64,000 nucleotides of DNA from the UHGV virus genome UHGV-0038016; one strand, 5' to 3'. Source of the stretch: a virus. The translations under genes were made by a program, and so were the position numbers. The stretch's first letter is position 1. Every line of letters starts with the position of its first letter. The notes under the pieces are model-generated. The model worked only from the letters and a program-made list of their open reading frames with translations, ran no database searches and was not told the DNA's origin. Below, piece by piece: positions 27,092 to 37,028 of the stretch.

Positions 27092-28945
27092 TTAGAATGA
27101 AGTATTTTTCATAGCTTCTTTTACAAGCTCATCCTTCATAATAGAAGATTTACGAAGTTTATATTTTTGTAATGCTTTTTCATCAAGTTTTCCAATTTCA
27201 GTAACGGTGCATTCAAAATCAGAAATTAAACCAAACGTTGGTTCATTTGGGGTAACCTTAATATTTGTCAACATTACTAACATATTCCCTTGAGCTTCTG
27301 ATTTAAGAATTTTAGGTTTTCCATCATTTAACCATGCTAGAATTTTGTTTCTCCAAATTCTTTGCATTACCATACCATCTTGTACTTCTTCTAAATCGTT
27401 CTTCATATTAAGCAACATTTCATCTCCATATTTTAGTTCTACATAACTAATAGGAATAGTTGGATCTGGAGATATTGCGACAGAATAACTATCAGAAGTA
27501 AGTAATTTGTGAACATCTTGATGATAAGTTAATGTACCAGAAAATTGATATGTTCTATAATCTAATTCAGAAGAGGTTACAAAATATGGATATTGCCCTG
27601 CAATAGTTTGAATAACATCTCTAGGTTTTACATAGGAGATTTCTCCAATTTTACCATTATAAATAAATGAAAACTGTTCATCTTTTTCTCCTAGCAACCA
27701 GAAACCATCAAAAGTAGTTACAGTATCATAGAATGAAGTAATAGCACCTTTCATTCCGTTGGCTAATATAGGTTGTAAAGCATATCGATAATAATTACCA
27801 TTTTCTATAAAATAATCATATAAGATTGCTTCTTGTACCGAACTAGATTTTAATCTAGTTACTTCTTCCCATTTCAATAATCCTTCTCCCAAAACAGAAC
27901 GCAAGATTGCAATTTCAGAAATTAATTTAGATTTATCAACCTCTCCATTCAGCATTGGAACGTCTATTTCCCCTGCATTAAGATTTAATAATAATTCTTC
28001 TTCATGCAAATTCCATCCTGTATCTTCCATACCTATTTCTGCTTTAATTCTATTTACTTGTAGTTCACTTTTTCGATCTTCTACTCCAAGAATAGAAACT
28101 CTAATAAAAGCAGCTGCTTTTGTTCGGTCTGTAAAAATAAAAGGATGTCCAAAATGTTTACTTTCTTCAGTTTTATTAAAGAATCTAGGAGAATATTTTG
28201 TTTGAATTAACTGCCTATTATTATCATAGAATTCTATACGAATTACCGCTCCACCTGAATCAGTTTTCTCACTAAGGTTAAAGCCAACTGTAATAGCATC
28301 TCCTTGCCACAGAACTATTTTTAATGGTACAAATTGAGCGATTCCTATGTTAGCATTAATTTTAGGAGCTTTATAAATTCTAAAGGCGTTTCCATTTCTT
28401 TTATTTTCTACTAATCCAACCTCACCTTTAAACTCTTTTTGTTTAAAATCATAATAATTTTTCCAGCCATTTTGATAATATTTAGGTTCTATAGTTTCTT
28501 CTCTTGTATCTACCCAAATTTTACTATGGTCGGAAGGTTCAGATTTAGAATAAATCCAATTATAAGGTTGTTCAATATCATCAGAACCCTCTACATAAGG
28601 TTTTTCAAAAACTGAGGTCCAATGAGTACTTTGAAAAGTTGACAAAGCTGTATTCTTTAATAGGTTAAAATTACCTGTTGGAGATTCTCCTCCTGCGTCA
28701 ACAAAATCTGATTGTATTTCTGTAACTCCAGAAGCCCAATCGTAACGACTACCATCCCAATCTAAATTAGGCTCCATATGACCACCTTCCATATATATAG
28801 ATTTAATTGAAATATCTCTTAAAGCTATATCAGAAAGATAACTATCTCCAGCTTGTGGAATAGCTGGAGAAGTCATTAATAAGGGATAGTATAGTTGTAA
28901 GTCGTCATTACCATATTCTTTAAATGAAGCAAATGGTACTGCCAT
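27092..28945 (-). CDS. Structural protein (617 aa), possibly Dit-like/baseplate
   Basis: Large ORF with a TAAGGAGG RBS. Function is inferred only from context. Confidence 0.45.
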   Translation of the reverse strand: MAVPFASFKEYGNDDLQLYYPLLMTSPAIPQAGDSYLSDIALRDISIKSIYMEGGHMEPNLDWDGSRYDWASGVTEIQSDFVDAGGESPTGNFNLLKNTALSTFQSTHWTSVFEKPYVEGSDDIEQPYNWIYSKSEPSDHSKIWVDTREETIEPKYYQNGWKNYYDFKQKEFKGEVGLVENKRNGNAFRIYKAPKINANIGIAQFVPLKIVLWQGDAITVGFNLSEKTDSGGAVIRIEFYDNNRQLIQTKYSPRFFNKTEESKHFGHPFIFTDRTKAAAFIRVSILGVEDRKSELQVNRIKAEIGMEDTGWNLHEEELLLNLNAGEIDVPMLNGEVDKSKLISEIAILRSVLGEGLLKWEEVTRLKSSSVQEAILYDYFIENGNYYRYALQPILANGMKGAITSFYDTVTTFDGFWLLGEKDEQFSFIYNGKIGEISYVKPRDVIQTIAGQYPYFVTSSELDYRTYQFSGTLTYHQDVHKLLTSDSYSVAISPDPTIPISYVELKYGDEMLLNMKNDLEEVQDGMVMQRIWRNKILAWLNDGKPKILKSEAQGNMLVMLTNIKVTPNEPTFGLISDFECTVTEIGKLDEKALQKYKLRKSSIMKDELVKEAMKNTSF

Positions 28946-28959
28946 TTATATCTACCTCC

Positions 28960-29553
28960 TTATTGTGGATAATCATTTAAGTCTTCATCAGGGTTAAAAG
29001 TAATTGCCGGAGCAATATAGGTATCATCTTGTGGTTGAGCCCACAAATATCCAAGAGCAGAAGGTCCTGGGCTATTTTCGCTATAAATTACTGGCGCACC
29101 CCAATTTTTATTGGCTGCTACTTTTGCTAGTTCATCTTGAAGCCATAGACTCCATTCATTGATTTGATCTACTAATTGTTGAGCAACAATTGAAATTAGT
29201 TCATAGTTGCCATCTGCAGCTTCAATTGATGCTTTTAAATAAGACTGTGTAGTTCTAATAGCATCAGCCATTAGATTAAAATCATCTTCCGTCAAAACAT
29301 AATTACGAACTCTCAACATCAACTCTTTAAGTTTTACAAAGTCTTGTTCTGACGCTGTATTATTTGATACATTCGCTAAGATAGCATAATAATCATGTAA
29401 GTCTTTTTCTAGTTGTCCCCCAGAAGGAACACTTGAATATTCAATTACTTTTAATTGATCTACAACACTAGGGAATTTAGAAGGTCCCACATTAGCTGGA
29501 GGATCAATTTCTAATCGTCTGGGTACTTGTATTTTTAAGTCTACTTTATCCAT
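28960..29553 (-). CDS. Hypothetical protein (197 aa)
   Basis: ORF with an AAAGGAG RBS. Its ATG overlaps the upstream stop (TAATG). Confidence 0.45.
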   Translation of the reverse strand: MDKVDLKIQVPRRLEIDPPANVGPSKFPSVVDQLKVIEYSSVPSGGQLEKDLHDYYAILANVSNNTASEQDFVKLKELMLRVRNYVLTEDDFNLMADAIRTTQSYLKASIEAADGNYELISIVAQQLVDQINEWSLWLQDELAKVAANKNWGAPVIYSENSPGPSALGYLWAQPQDDTYIAPAITFNPDEDLNDYPQ

Positions 29554-31751
29554 TATTCTATTTCTCCTTTACTCTTTAATTCTTCAATGTCACTGGTTAA
29601 TAAGTCTCTCGAACGTGTTGTTGCAGTAGAGATGTTTCCAACATCCGTTCCTAAGACCCCTCGTTCATCTGCTGTAATTGTATAAGGAACTTCCTTGCCA
29701 CTTAAATCAACTTTTGGTAGGAAATCTGAACCTAAACCAGTTGTTGTTAAAAACATATCAGAACTTATTCCAACGCTGTTCATGAATCCTTCAGAATAAG
29801 TTAATGTAAATCTATCTAAACTGTTTTGGCTATCATCAGCAGATAAATCACGTACTATTAATCTTATCTGTCCATCAATACAAGAAAAGTACATATAATA
29901 TTTTCTTGTCGGTTGTATTTTAACCCACTTATTTAACTTCTTATTAAAATCATTCATGTAAGCTTTATAAGTTTGTGTAGTTAATAGAGTTTTTCTTCCA
30001 AGCTCAAGAGCGTAAACTCGTTTAACAAACCTAAATTCATTAAGATACATTGGACGGACGTTTTCGCCCAATACATAATTTTCATAAACTGTATCAAGAA
30101 CAATAGTTCCATTTGTCTCTACTCTTGGTACTACTAAAATATTATGATATGAATCAAAGAAACAAACAGGTTTTAAAAATTCTGTTGGATCTTTTTCATG
30201 AGATTGTTCTGTGACGAATTCTCCATTAATTGTAACAGTTGTTTTCCATAGTTGTTGGTTTTCATCTTCCAAATAGAAGAAGGTATGCGAACTTGGTAAA
30301 TCTTCACTCGGAATAGTAACAATACCTCCCATACCTCCAATAATTCCTCCTTCTGTTGTAGGAGTTTTAGAACTATCTAGGTAAGTTAGATATATATCTC
30401 CTGATGGACTTTCAATAACAGGATTAATAATAATATCATCTTCATATGGACCTTCAGAAGCTTTATCTTTCCCAAGAGGAGCAGTATGGGCATACATTAG
30501 ATATTCTTCTTGGTAGGGATTAATTGTAGAAATCTCTGGTCCTTTTAGCCTGAAGAACCATCGGTCTTCTTTCGCTTCCCAAGTTTTTATTGGATTAATT
30601 CCAGAAACTATCATTTCCCCTGCTATAGCAGCTTGTTTATTAAAGAAGTCTATTCCTTCAAGTACAGATACTTCTCCAGTTGCATCAGCAAATTCTCTGT
30701 CGTTAAGAGAAATTTCAAAGTTTTCCTTTGGTCCCCATTGTAGAGGTGTTTTTATATTTAGTTTGATTTTAGAACGAGCATTATCATGATCGTTTTCAAC
30801 ACTAACTGAACCCCTAAATAAGCTTCCTTCAAATTGTGTTGTAACATGATAAGTAAATGTTTTTCTTAGGTCCCAGGCAGTTTGTATTGATAATTCAACT
30901 ATATACTTATTCTTATCTTCTAATTCTACTACATTTTGCCATCTAATTTCAATATTTGAAGGTTCTTGACCGATAATCCAATCACTTGAATCAATAAAGA
31001 GTTCTTTTTCATCTCCATTGGCTCTATAAATATCAATTCTATAAGCTTTAAGATAATTAGCCATTGTGTTATTTCTAATATTTTCTTGTATATTAGAACC
31101 AACAAATTCAAATATTGGTGAAAAAATATTATTCCCGTCAAATTGCAATTCATAAATTGCTTCACTTACAGGAGAAATTAAAGAAATAGTAGACCACTCA
31201 GATAATCCCTTAGAAATTAAATTTCCTCCAAAGTATGTGGTTTTATCAATATTTACATACTGTTGTACATCACTAGAGTAAGTTTGAATATTCCCTCTTC
31301 CATTTGGCTTAGTAGAAGAAAGCCAGTCTGTTGTTAACATAATTTGCATTTTATATCTAACATCTTTTTCTGCGCCAGACATAGTAAAAGCTTCTTGCTT
31401 TATATCAATAAAATATTCTCCATTAGTATTTTTTTGTACATAAGGCATTGTAGTATTATATCCAGTTGGCTGAATTATATTTTTTGAAGGATCTTTTAAA
31501 TCAATATATTCAGCAAATGGATTTCTAAAAGGAATAAAATCATCTAGGTATCCTTCTCCAACTGGTAATAGCGCACTTTTTTCTGTCTCAGCATTTCTGA
31601 TTCTAATAAATCCTCCTTTAAAATCAGAAATTTTATTACCAACTGCTGGTTCAAAAAAAAGTCTAAACGTGTCAGTTGGTTTTCCTAATTCAAAGGCAGG
31701 ATGCGTAATAGGAACTAATGGTGGGTATAAAATATTATAATAAATAGCCAT
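29553..31751 (-). CDS. Large structural protein (732 aa), unknown function
   Basis: ORF with an AAAAGGAGG RBS. Confidence 0.5.
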   Translation of the reverse strand: MAIYYNILYPPLVPITHPAFELGKPTDTFRLFFEPAVGNKISDFKGGFIRIRNAETEKSALLPVGEGYLDDFIPFRNPFAEYIDLKDPSKNIIQPTGYNTTMPYVQKNTNGEYFIDIKQEAFTMSGAEKDVRYKMQIMLTTDWLSSTKPNGRGNIQTYSSDVQQYVNIDKTTYFGGNLISKGLSEWSTISLISPVSEAIYELQFDGNNIFSPIFEFVGSNIQENIRNNTMANYLKAYRIDIYRANGDEKELFIDSSDWIIGQEPSNIEIRWQNVVELEDKNKYIVELSIQTAWDLRKTFTYHVTTQFEGSLFRGSVSVENDHDNARSKIKLNIKTPLQWGPKENFEISLNDREFADATGEVSVLEGIDFFNKQAAIAGEMIVSGINPIKTWEAKEDRWFFRLKGPEISTINPYQEEYLMYAHTAPLGKDKASEGPYEDDIIINPVIESPSGDIYLTYLDSSKTPTTEGGIIGGMGGIVTIPSEDLPSSHTFFYLEDENQQLWKTTVTINGEFVTEQSHEKDPTEFLKPVCFFDSYHNILVVPRVETNGTIVLDTVYENYVLGENVRPMYLNEFRFVKRVYALELGRKTLLTTQTYKAYMNDFNKKLNKWVKIQPTRKYYMYFSCIDGQIRLIVRDLSADDSQNSLDRFTLTYSEGFMNSVGISSDMFLTTTGLGSDFLPKVDLSGKEVPYTITADERGVLGTDVGNISTATTRSRDLLTSDIEELKSKGEIE

Positions 31752-31776
31752 TTAGTTCTTTCCTCCTTTTTCTCTT

Positions 31777-32892
31777 TTATTCTTCTTCACTAATAGCCCA
31801 ATCTAAGATATTAAATTTACCATCCATATTATTTTGAGCAACTAATGTTTTTCCAATATATGGATTTTTAATATAAACTTTTAATGTTGGCTTTGCGATA
31901 CTAATAGAATTATTAGTCTTCCCATAAGTAACTAATGCTGCTTCACCAGAGTCATTTAGCCATTCTCTAATAAAGTTAGTATCTAAACTATTTGTCCATG
32001 TAATATTTTGGAAAGTATTAGCAGTATAATCTTCTTTTTTATTTGCTTCTCGAACTGGTTGTACTACATTGCCGTTCATATAAGCTTGCGTTAATGCACT
32101 TGTTGTGCCTTCCATTGGTTGAGATAATACTTCAATAGTAAAGTTTGAAATAGTATTTTCTAAACTTTTAGAAGTAGCAAATAATTCTTGTAATTGATGA
32201 CGAACCGCAAATCGTACAAATGCTTGTGGGATATTATCATCTTCTGCAGTAATAGTTTCTTCTTGAACACCATTAACTATATTTGTAAATACATCTTCTG
32301 GTACGTCCACCAAATTTTTGCCTTCGTTAAAGACTAAAACAGTTTTTCTGGAGTTATCAAAAGCAATATGAGTTGGTGCTAATTCAACTAATACATCTGG
32401 CACTCCTGGTTGAACCTTCCATTTATCTCCCTTAACATAAGTTAATGGTTGACCTGTATTAATAGATTGTTGTGCGAATTTAAGTTTTAAATTATTTGGA
32501 TCTGTATCATCAATTTGTAAAGCATAAGATAAACCTGAAGTTGTAGAAGTTACAACTGGTGGATAGCTTAAGTTTTCAATTAATTGTGAAATATAAGGAA
32601 CTAAACGTGATAGTTCATCTGTAGTTAAAACAATATCCTCGAAATTATTTGGTACTTTATCAATTAGTTGAGTTAAGGCAACTTCTTGTGTAGCTAATGC
32701 TCGAATAGGTTCTGCATTAGTAATCAACATATCAACAATATCAATCTTACCACCAAATCTAGTTAAAATTTGTTTTTCTGAATTATCTACAAAGCGTCTA
32801 TCTGGTGTTTCTCTTACCATTTCTGAGACTGTTTCAGGAAGTATAATATTCCCTTGATGGTCACGGAAAGTGTGTTTTTTAAATCCTTCCAT
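31777..32892 (-). CDS. Structural protein (371 aa), unknown function
   Basis: Start moved to MEGFKKH (AAAGGAGGAAAAGGATAATG). The track's longer N-terminus lacks an RBS. Confidence 0.45.
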   Translation of the reverse strand: MEGFKKHTFRDHQGNIILPETVSEMVRETPDRRFVDNSEKQILTRFGGKIDIVDMLITNAEPIRALATQEVALTQLIDKVPNNFEDIVLTTDELSRLVPYISQLIENLSYPPVVTSTTSGLSYALQIDDTDPNNLKLKFAQQSINTGQPLTYVKGDKWKVQPGVPDVLVELAPTHIAFDNSRKTVLVFNEGKNLVDVPEDVFTNIVNGVQEETITAEDDNIPQAFVRFAVRHQLQELFATSKSLENTISNFTIEVLSQPMEGTTSALTQAYMNGNVVQPVREANKKEDYTANTFQNITWTNSLDTNFIREWLNDSGEAALVTYGKTNNSISIAKPTLKVYIKNPYIGKTLVAQNNMDGKFNILDWAISEEE

Positions 32893-32984
32893 TATCCTTT
32901 TCCTCCTTTTGTTTTTTGCTCTAAAAGTATTGAAAAAGAGGATAAGCACATTGTTATTGCATACCCTCTAATTCTTTTTATATA

Positions 32985-33200
32985 TTACCCAATTGAATCA
33001 ATTGGGAATGTTATTAGCTGTCCTTTAGTACTTATTTTAAGTTTATAATATCCTTGATAGGTTTTAATTCTTACTGAATTTTCTCCTTCTTCATCAGTTT
33101 TTGTTGTATACAATTGACGGATACCATCTTCATGATATACTCGGACCAACCAATTCTGTCCTTTTGGGTCTCTTAAAATTAAAGATTTACTTTGGCTCAC
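32985..33200 (-). CDS. Small beta-rich protein (71 aa), GTG start overlapping the 3' end of the hydrolase gene
   Basis: The only start is the GTG at 33198-33200; a GGAGG lies 8 nt upstream, inside the hydrolase coding sequence. It overlaps the hydrolase by 14 nt out of frame. A real gene is uncertain. Confidence 0.3.
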   Translation of the reverse strand: MSQSKSLILRDPKGQNWLVRVYHEDGIRQLYTTKTDEEGENSVRIKTYQGYYKLKISTKGQLITFPIDSIG

Positions 33201-35619
33201 CTAACATACCTCCTTCTGGAGTTTTTGGAGGGATAGCTTTAGTTTGTTCGTAACCTTCTGGATTATTCATAAATTTTGTAATATCTACATCATTATCTAA
33301 TACTTCTAATAATGTAATAATTCCAGTTCTTCCTCCAAAATTATATTGATCTCCTTGGTTTGTAAATATCAATTCTAATACATTTCCATCTGAATCATTT
33401 AATTTATTTGATACCACAACTGCTTTTCTATTATATTTAGTTGCTGATGGAATTTCTATATTAATTACTGAACCAATATCTAATAAATCTGGATGAGCAA
33501 CTACAGCTAACCCATTTTTAATTGGCAAACTATTCTCTACTGTAATAAAGTCTTCTGGTTCATACCGTCCTCTTACAGTAGTTGAAGTTGGAATGCCCTG
33601 TTCAAAATTAATATCTTCTACAAATTCTTCAGATAAATCAATATTCAAAGTCGCATATGTAGAATTAGCTACAGCCCAATGATTTTTTTCTAAATCTACT
33701 TGAGCAAAACCATTCTCTACAGCGTAAATATTCATACTTGTTTTTTCAGGAAGAATTCTTGGCGTTCCTTTCTCTATTGCTGGTTCTGCTACGTAAGTAG
33801 GAGCAGAATATACTTTTGTAGGTAATTTAGTTGAAATAGCCCCAATAGGAGAAGATGGTGTAGATAATCGTGAAACTGTTATTGCATCACTACTCTTAGG
33901 CACCCATAATTCATTAGAAGCTAATTGTAAACTAGTTTTACCAATTTCTTGTACTCTATAAACTTCATTGGAAGATAACCTTCTTTGAGATACTCCACCG
34001 ACATCAGCATTGGTTGCAACAACTGATTTTTTAACATTAACAACATATGTTCCTTTAGGGTCAATTGTAGGTTTTGAAGGTTTCCCCCCTCCTGATTGAG
34101 ATTGGTTATAATCTGCATCAGAAAAAATTCGTTTCACACCATAGATTTTTGGTCCCCAATAACTATCATTATAATTGTTTAATTTTGGACCTGGTGTAGA
34201 ACCAAAGTCAATCATTTTTCCTCCACCAACAACAATTCCAATATGAGTGGTTGTCATATTAGTAGCATAAGTTCCAGCAAAGAATATTAAGTCTCCTGCT
34301 CTAGCATCTTTGACGTCAACTTTTTTACCCCAACTTCCAAACCATTGGGCATCAGTATAACTTCCTATATCAACTTTAGCATGTTTTTGGTATAGATATT
34401 GACAGAATGAAGAACAGTCTCCAAAACCGCCTTTTCTTATTTGGGCAGGTCTTGTCCAAGAATAGGTCATTGACCCAAGCAAATCATTGGCTTCTTTAAT
34501 AATATTCTTAATTGTGCCTTCTCCATTTGGTATTAACCCATCAGCGCCAGTTCCTCCTCCACCACTATTATAGTCAGGATTTGTAATTACATCTTCTCCT
34601 TTTTCAATGGCATCACTTACCATTCCTACAAAGGCAGTATATAAGAAAGGATTATTATACCAGCTAATAGGTTCGCTTACTCCATCTACTTGCCAAGCTG
34701 GTAATACAGCGGTTGCAGGTATCTTATATGTTCTACATATTTCTGCAATAACTAAGGCTAATTTAATATTTAAATTGGTAGAAAAATTAGAAAGTGAACG
34801 TTTTGTTACTACTCCAATAGAGATAGTTTTTTTATTTGGATTACTCATGCCAGCAACTAAGCTTTTGCCTCTCTCCGCATGATAAACTCCTTCTGTAAAG
34901 GGCACTACTAATTGGGCGTCATTTTCCGAGATAATAACGTGATAGCCCATTTTTTGTCCACCATTTCCAGAATTAAGAATATTCCTTATTCCACCTAAAT
35001 TAGAACTACTTTGAATATCATGTACCACAATGGCTTGCATTGCTTCTAATTTAAACCCTGGTCTTGTAGTACCATTTTTCTTGATAAGATTTTCAGAAAA
35101 GTTTTTATAACCATTTCCTCCACCTATATCTCCACTGAATCCTCCGCCATCTCCACCAGAAAAAGCGTCTAAATCCCATGCTCTTAAATTATTAGCATTA
35201 ATAACTGACATAATTTTGCTTGGATAAGCAGGATCTGTTGCATAACCAGCGCTCCAAATTGCTGTGATTTGAGCTAAAGGATCTGTTTTCCCAATAGCAG
35301 CACGATAACGAGCATTTTCTGCAATTAATTTACCATGTTCCACAATGGAAACATCCCAACTAGGATACTTAGCAAAGGCGTCATTAATAGTTACATATCC
35401 CCCACCAGTCCACTCTTGGGTAGGGAAAACAATAGACTGCCCTTTATAACTTCCTTTTACACCAAACAGATTTTTCCCTTGTGTTGCTAGGGAACTTCTA
35501 CCCCAGTTTGACTCCAATGCTGCCTGAGCGGCAACAACAGAAGGTAAAACCTTATAGTTTTTCCAACTAGCATAAGCTCCACCTTTTATCTTTTTTAAAA
35601 AATCATCTGTAAAAGCCAT
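33187..35619 (-). CDS. Multidomain peptidoglycan hydrolase (810 aa): N-terminal glucosaminidase, amidase_2 and NlpC/P60-type domains, then a C-terminal binding region. Either an endolysin or a virion-associated lysin.
   Basis: The N-terminus AAQAALESNWGRSSLATQGKNLFGVKG is the LytD/FlgJ-type glucosaminidase signature. The middle HVIISENDAQ...YHAERGKSLV...ISIGV is amidase_2-like. GGFGDCSSFCQYLY ... HIGIVVGGGKMIDFG is an NlpC/P60 Cys-His. A strong RBS TAAGGAGGTATATAAATG is present. Confidence 0.8.
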   Translation of the reverse strand: MAFTDDFLKKIKGGAYASWKNYKVLPSVVAAQAALESNWGRSSLATQGKNLFGVKGSYKGQSIVFPTQEWTGGGYVTINDAFAKYPSWDVSIVEHGKLIAENARYRAAIGKTDPLAQITAIWSAGYATDPAYPSKIMSVINANNLRAWDLDAFSGGDGGGFSGDIGGGNGYKNFSENLIKKNGTTRPGFKLEAMQAIVVHDIQSSSNLGGIRNILNSGNGGQKMGYHVIISENDAQLVVPFTEGVYHAERGKSLVAGMSNPNKKTISIGVVTKRSLSNFSTNLNIKLALVIAEICRTYKIPATAVLPAWQVDGVSEPISWYNNPFLYTAFVGMVSDAIEKGEDVITNPDYNSGGGGTGADGLIPNGEGTIKNIIKEANDLLGSMTYSWTRPAQIRKGGFGDCSSFCQYLYQKHAKVDIGSYTDAQWFGSWGKKVDVKDARAGDLIFFAGTYATNMTTTHIGIVVGGGKMIDFGSTPGPKLNNYNDSYWGPKIYGVKRIFSDADYNQSQSGGGKPSKPTIDPKGTYVVNVKKSVVATNADVGGVSQRRLSSNEVYRVQEIGKTSLQLASNELWVPKSSDAITVSRLSTPSSPIGAISTKLPTKVYSAPTYVAEPAIEKGTPRILPEKTSMNIYAVENGFAQVDLEKNHWAVANSTYATLNIDLSEEFVEDINFEQGIPTSTTVRGRYEPEDFITVENSLPIKNGLAVVAHPDLLDIGSVINIEIPSATKYNRKAVVVSNKLNDSDGNVLELIFTNQGDQYNFGGRTGIITLLEVLDNDVDITKFMNNPEGYEQTKAIPPKTPEGGMLGEPK

Positions 35620-35652
35620 TTATATACCTCCTTATAAATACTCTCTTTAATG

Positions 35653-35684
35653 TAAAAAAATAGGCTGTGCAATGACAGCCTATT
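35653..35684 (-). terminator. Intrinsic terminator on the minus strand between the holin and the hydrolase (ATAGGCTGT/ACAGCCTAT stem plus a U-run)
   Basis: AAAAAAATAGGCTGTgcaatgACAGCCTATT on the plus strand. Read on the minus strand, a U7 run follows the hairpin. Confidence 0.7.
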
Positions 35685-35696
35685 GATTTATTTTAT

Positions 35697-36026
35697 TTAT
35701 TTTTCTTGTTTAGTTTCATCTAGACCTTTTTCAAAGCCTTTTTTAGCAGCAGTATCAAATTGATTAGTTGCAATATAACCACCGATTAAACCACCAATTA
35801 TACCAACAATATAGTTAAGTCCTACAATTCCAAGAGCAGGAGCAATTGCCACTAGTACTGCTCCGATACCCCCTCCTAAAACTACTGCGATTAATTTAGT
35901 ATAATCGCTAGGAATAAAAGGTTTGATTAATTGAATAATATAAAATACGATTGGTGCCAAGATACCACCAAATGCTACCAAAGCAGCGAAAACATCTTGA
36001 ATTTGACTCATATCAATATTTGCCAT
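35697..36026 (-). CDS. Holin-like membrane protein (three predicted TM segments, charged C-terminus)
   Basis: Hydrophobic stretches FAALVAFGGILAPIVFYIIQLI, LIAVVLGGGIGAVLVAIAPALGIV and YIVGIIGGLIGGYIA, then a KKGFEKGLDETKQEK tail. The gene lies immediately upstream of the hydrolase. Confidence 0.65.
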   Translation of the reverse strand: MANIDMSQIQDVFAALVAFGGILAPIVFYIIQLIKPFIPSDYTKLIAVVLGGGIGAVLVAIAPALGIVGLNYIVGIIGGLIGGYIATNQFDTAAKKGFEKGLDETKQEK

Positions 36027-36110
36027 AATTTTATTTCCTCCTTAATTTTTGCCGAGATTAAAAGATTAGAAGAGCTAGGAAAAAACCTGCTAGCATTCCT
36101 AAACCAAATA

Positions 36111-36266
36111 ATATTACTCGGCGGTAACGTCTTTTTTTGCCATTTCATCTACAAGCTTCATAACATCGTCTCGGATCATAGCTGGAATTTGGTTTTCTTT
36201 TCCTTTCCAACCTTCTGGATCTTTGATGATAAGACTTGCGTAAAAAATTGCTAAATATGGATACAT
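36111..36266 (-). CDS. Small protein (51 aa) with a hydrophobic N-terminus, hypothetical
   Basis: MYPYLAIFYASLIIKDPEGWKGKENQIPAMIRDDVMKLVDEMAKKDVTAE with a strong AAAGGAGGTGATTATTAATG RBS. Under the ORF-track cutoff. Confidence 0.4.
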
Positions 36267-36281
36267 TAATAATCACCTCCT

Positions 36282-37016
36282 TTAAGGTTGTCCAATAATC
36301 ATATTAGATAACATATTAATAGCATCAACTAAAGCCATTTCATTTAACTCTACTTTTTGTTTAAGTTCTTCATTTTCTTTCACTAAAGCGTCAAATTCTT
36401 CTTGGCTAATTTTGCCATCTCCATTTAGATCAATAATTGGTTTTTCTGGCAATGGTTCATCAGGAATAGAATCCCACGTAATTTTAAGTAGCTCATCCTT
36501 ATCAGTTTGACTGTCTACTAATGGATACAGCTTTTCTTTTAGTTTGTTCATTTTAGCTGTTTTTACTAAACTAGCAAAAGTATAAAGCGTTAAGAAACCT
36601 ATTTCATCTAATTCCTTTAAGAGAGTTTCCCCATTAGAATTAATAAACTCCCATTTAATATGCGTAATAATTTTACGTTCGAAGAGCGACTTAACCTCTT
36701 CGAAGTATTGTTGTTTATTTTTAGAGTAGGATACATGGTAGGTTTCCTCACTATTTAGTTCGTAGTCAAAACCAGAAATTATACTTTCATAACAAGACAT
36801 CTCTAAGTCATTTTTTACGTATTCTTTCAGGTTGTTTAATTCAAGAGAATTATCTTTGATCAGTTTTCCGTCTTTGTAAGTGTAATTACCAAAAAAATCA
36901 TTTAATACAATAATGGGGTGGTCATCTGGTATTTCTACTTCTGTCAGACCTTCAGAGTAACTGCTACTCCACCCCAAAACAACATTATTTGTATCTAATT
37001 CAACGTAAATAGTCAT
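36282..37016 (-). CDS. Tail-associated protein (244 aa) with a canonical EF-hand-type Ca-binding loop and a C-terminal coiled coil
   Basis: DLNGDGKISQEE matches D-x-N-x-D-G-x-I-x-x-x-E. AAGGAGGTGG RBS. Confidence 0.55.
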   Translation of the reverse strand: MTIYVELDTNNVVLGWSSSYSEGLTEVEIPDDHPIIVLNDFFGNYTYKDGKLIKDNSLELNNLKEYVKNDLEMSCYESIISGFDYELNSEETYHVSYSKNKQQYFEEVKSLFERKIITHIKWEFINSNGETLLKELDEIGFLTLYTFASLVKTAKMNKLKEKLYPLVDSQTDKDELLKITWDSIPDEPLPEKPIIDLNGDGKISQEEFDALVKENEELKQKVELNEMALVDAINMLSNMIIGQP

Positions 37017-37028
37017 CTGACCACCTCC

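Noticed and set aside
35931-36254. Plus-strand ORF (107 aa) spanning the holin start and the small 51-aa gene
   Set aside because: It is opposite to the uniformly minus-strand late operon, and its composition is typical of an antisense reading of a membrane-protein gene. The minus-strand 51-aa ORF with a strong RBS explains the region better.
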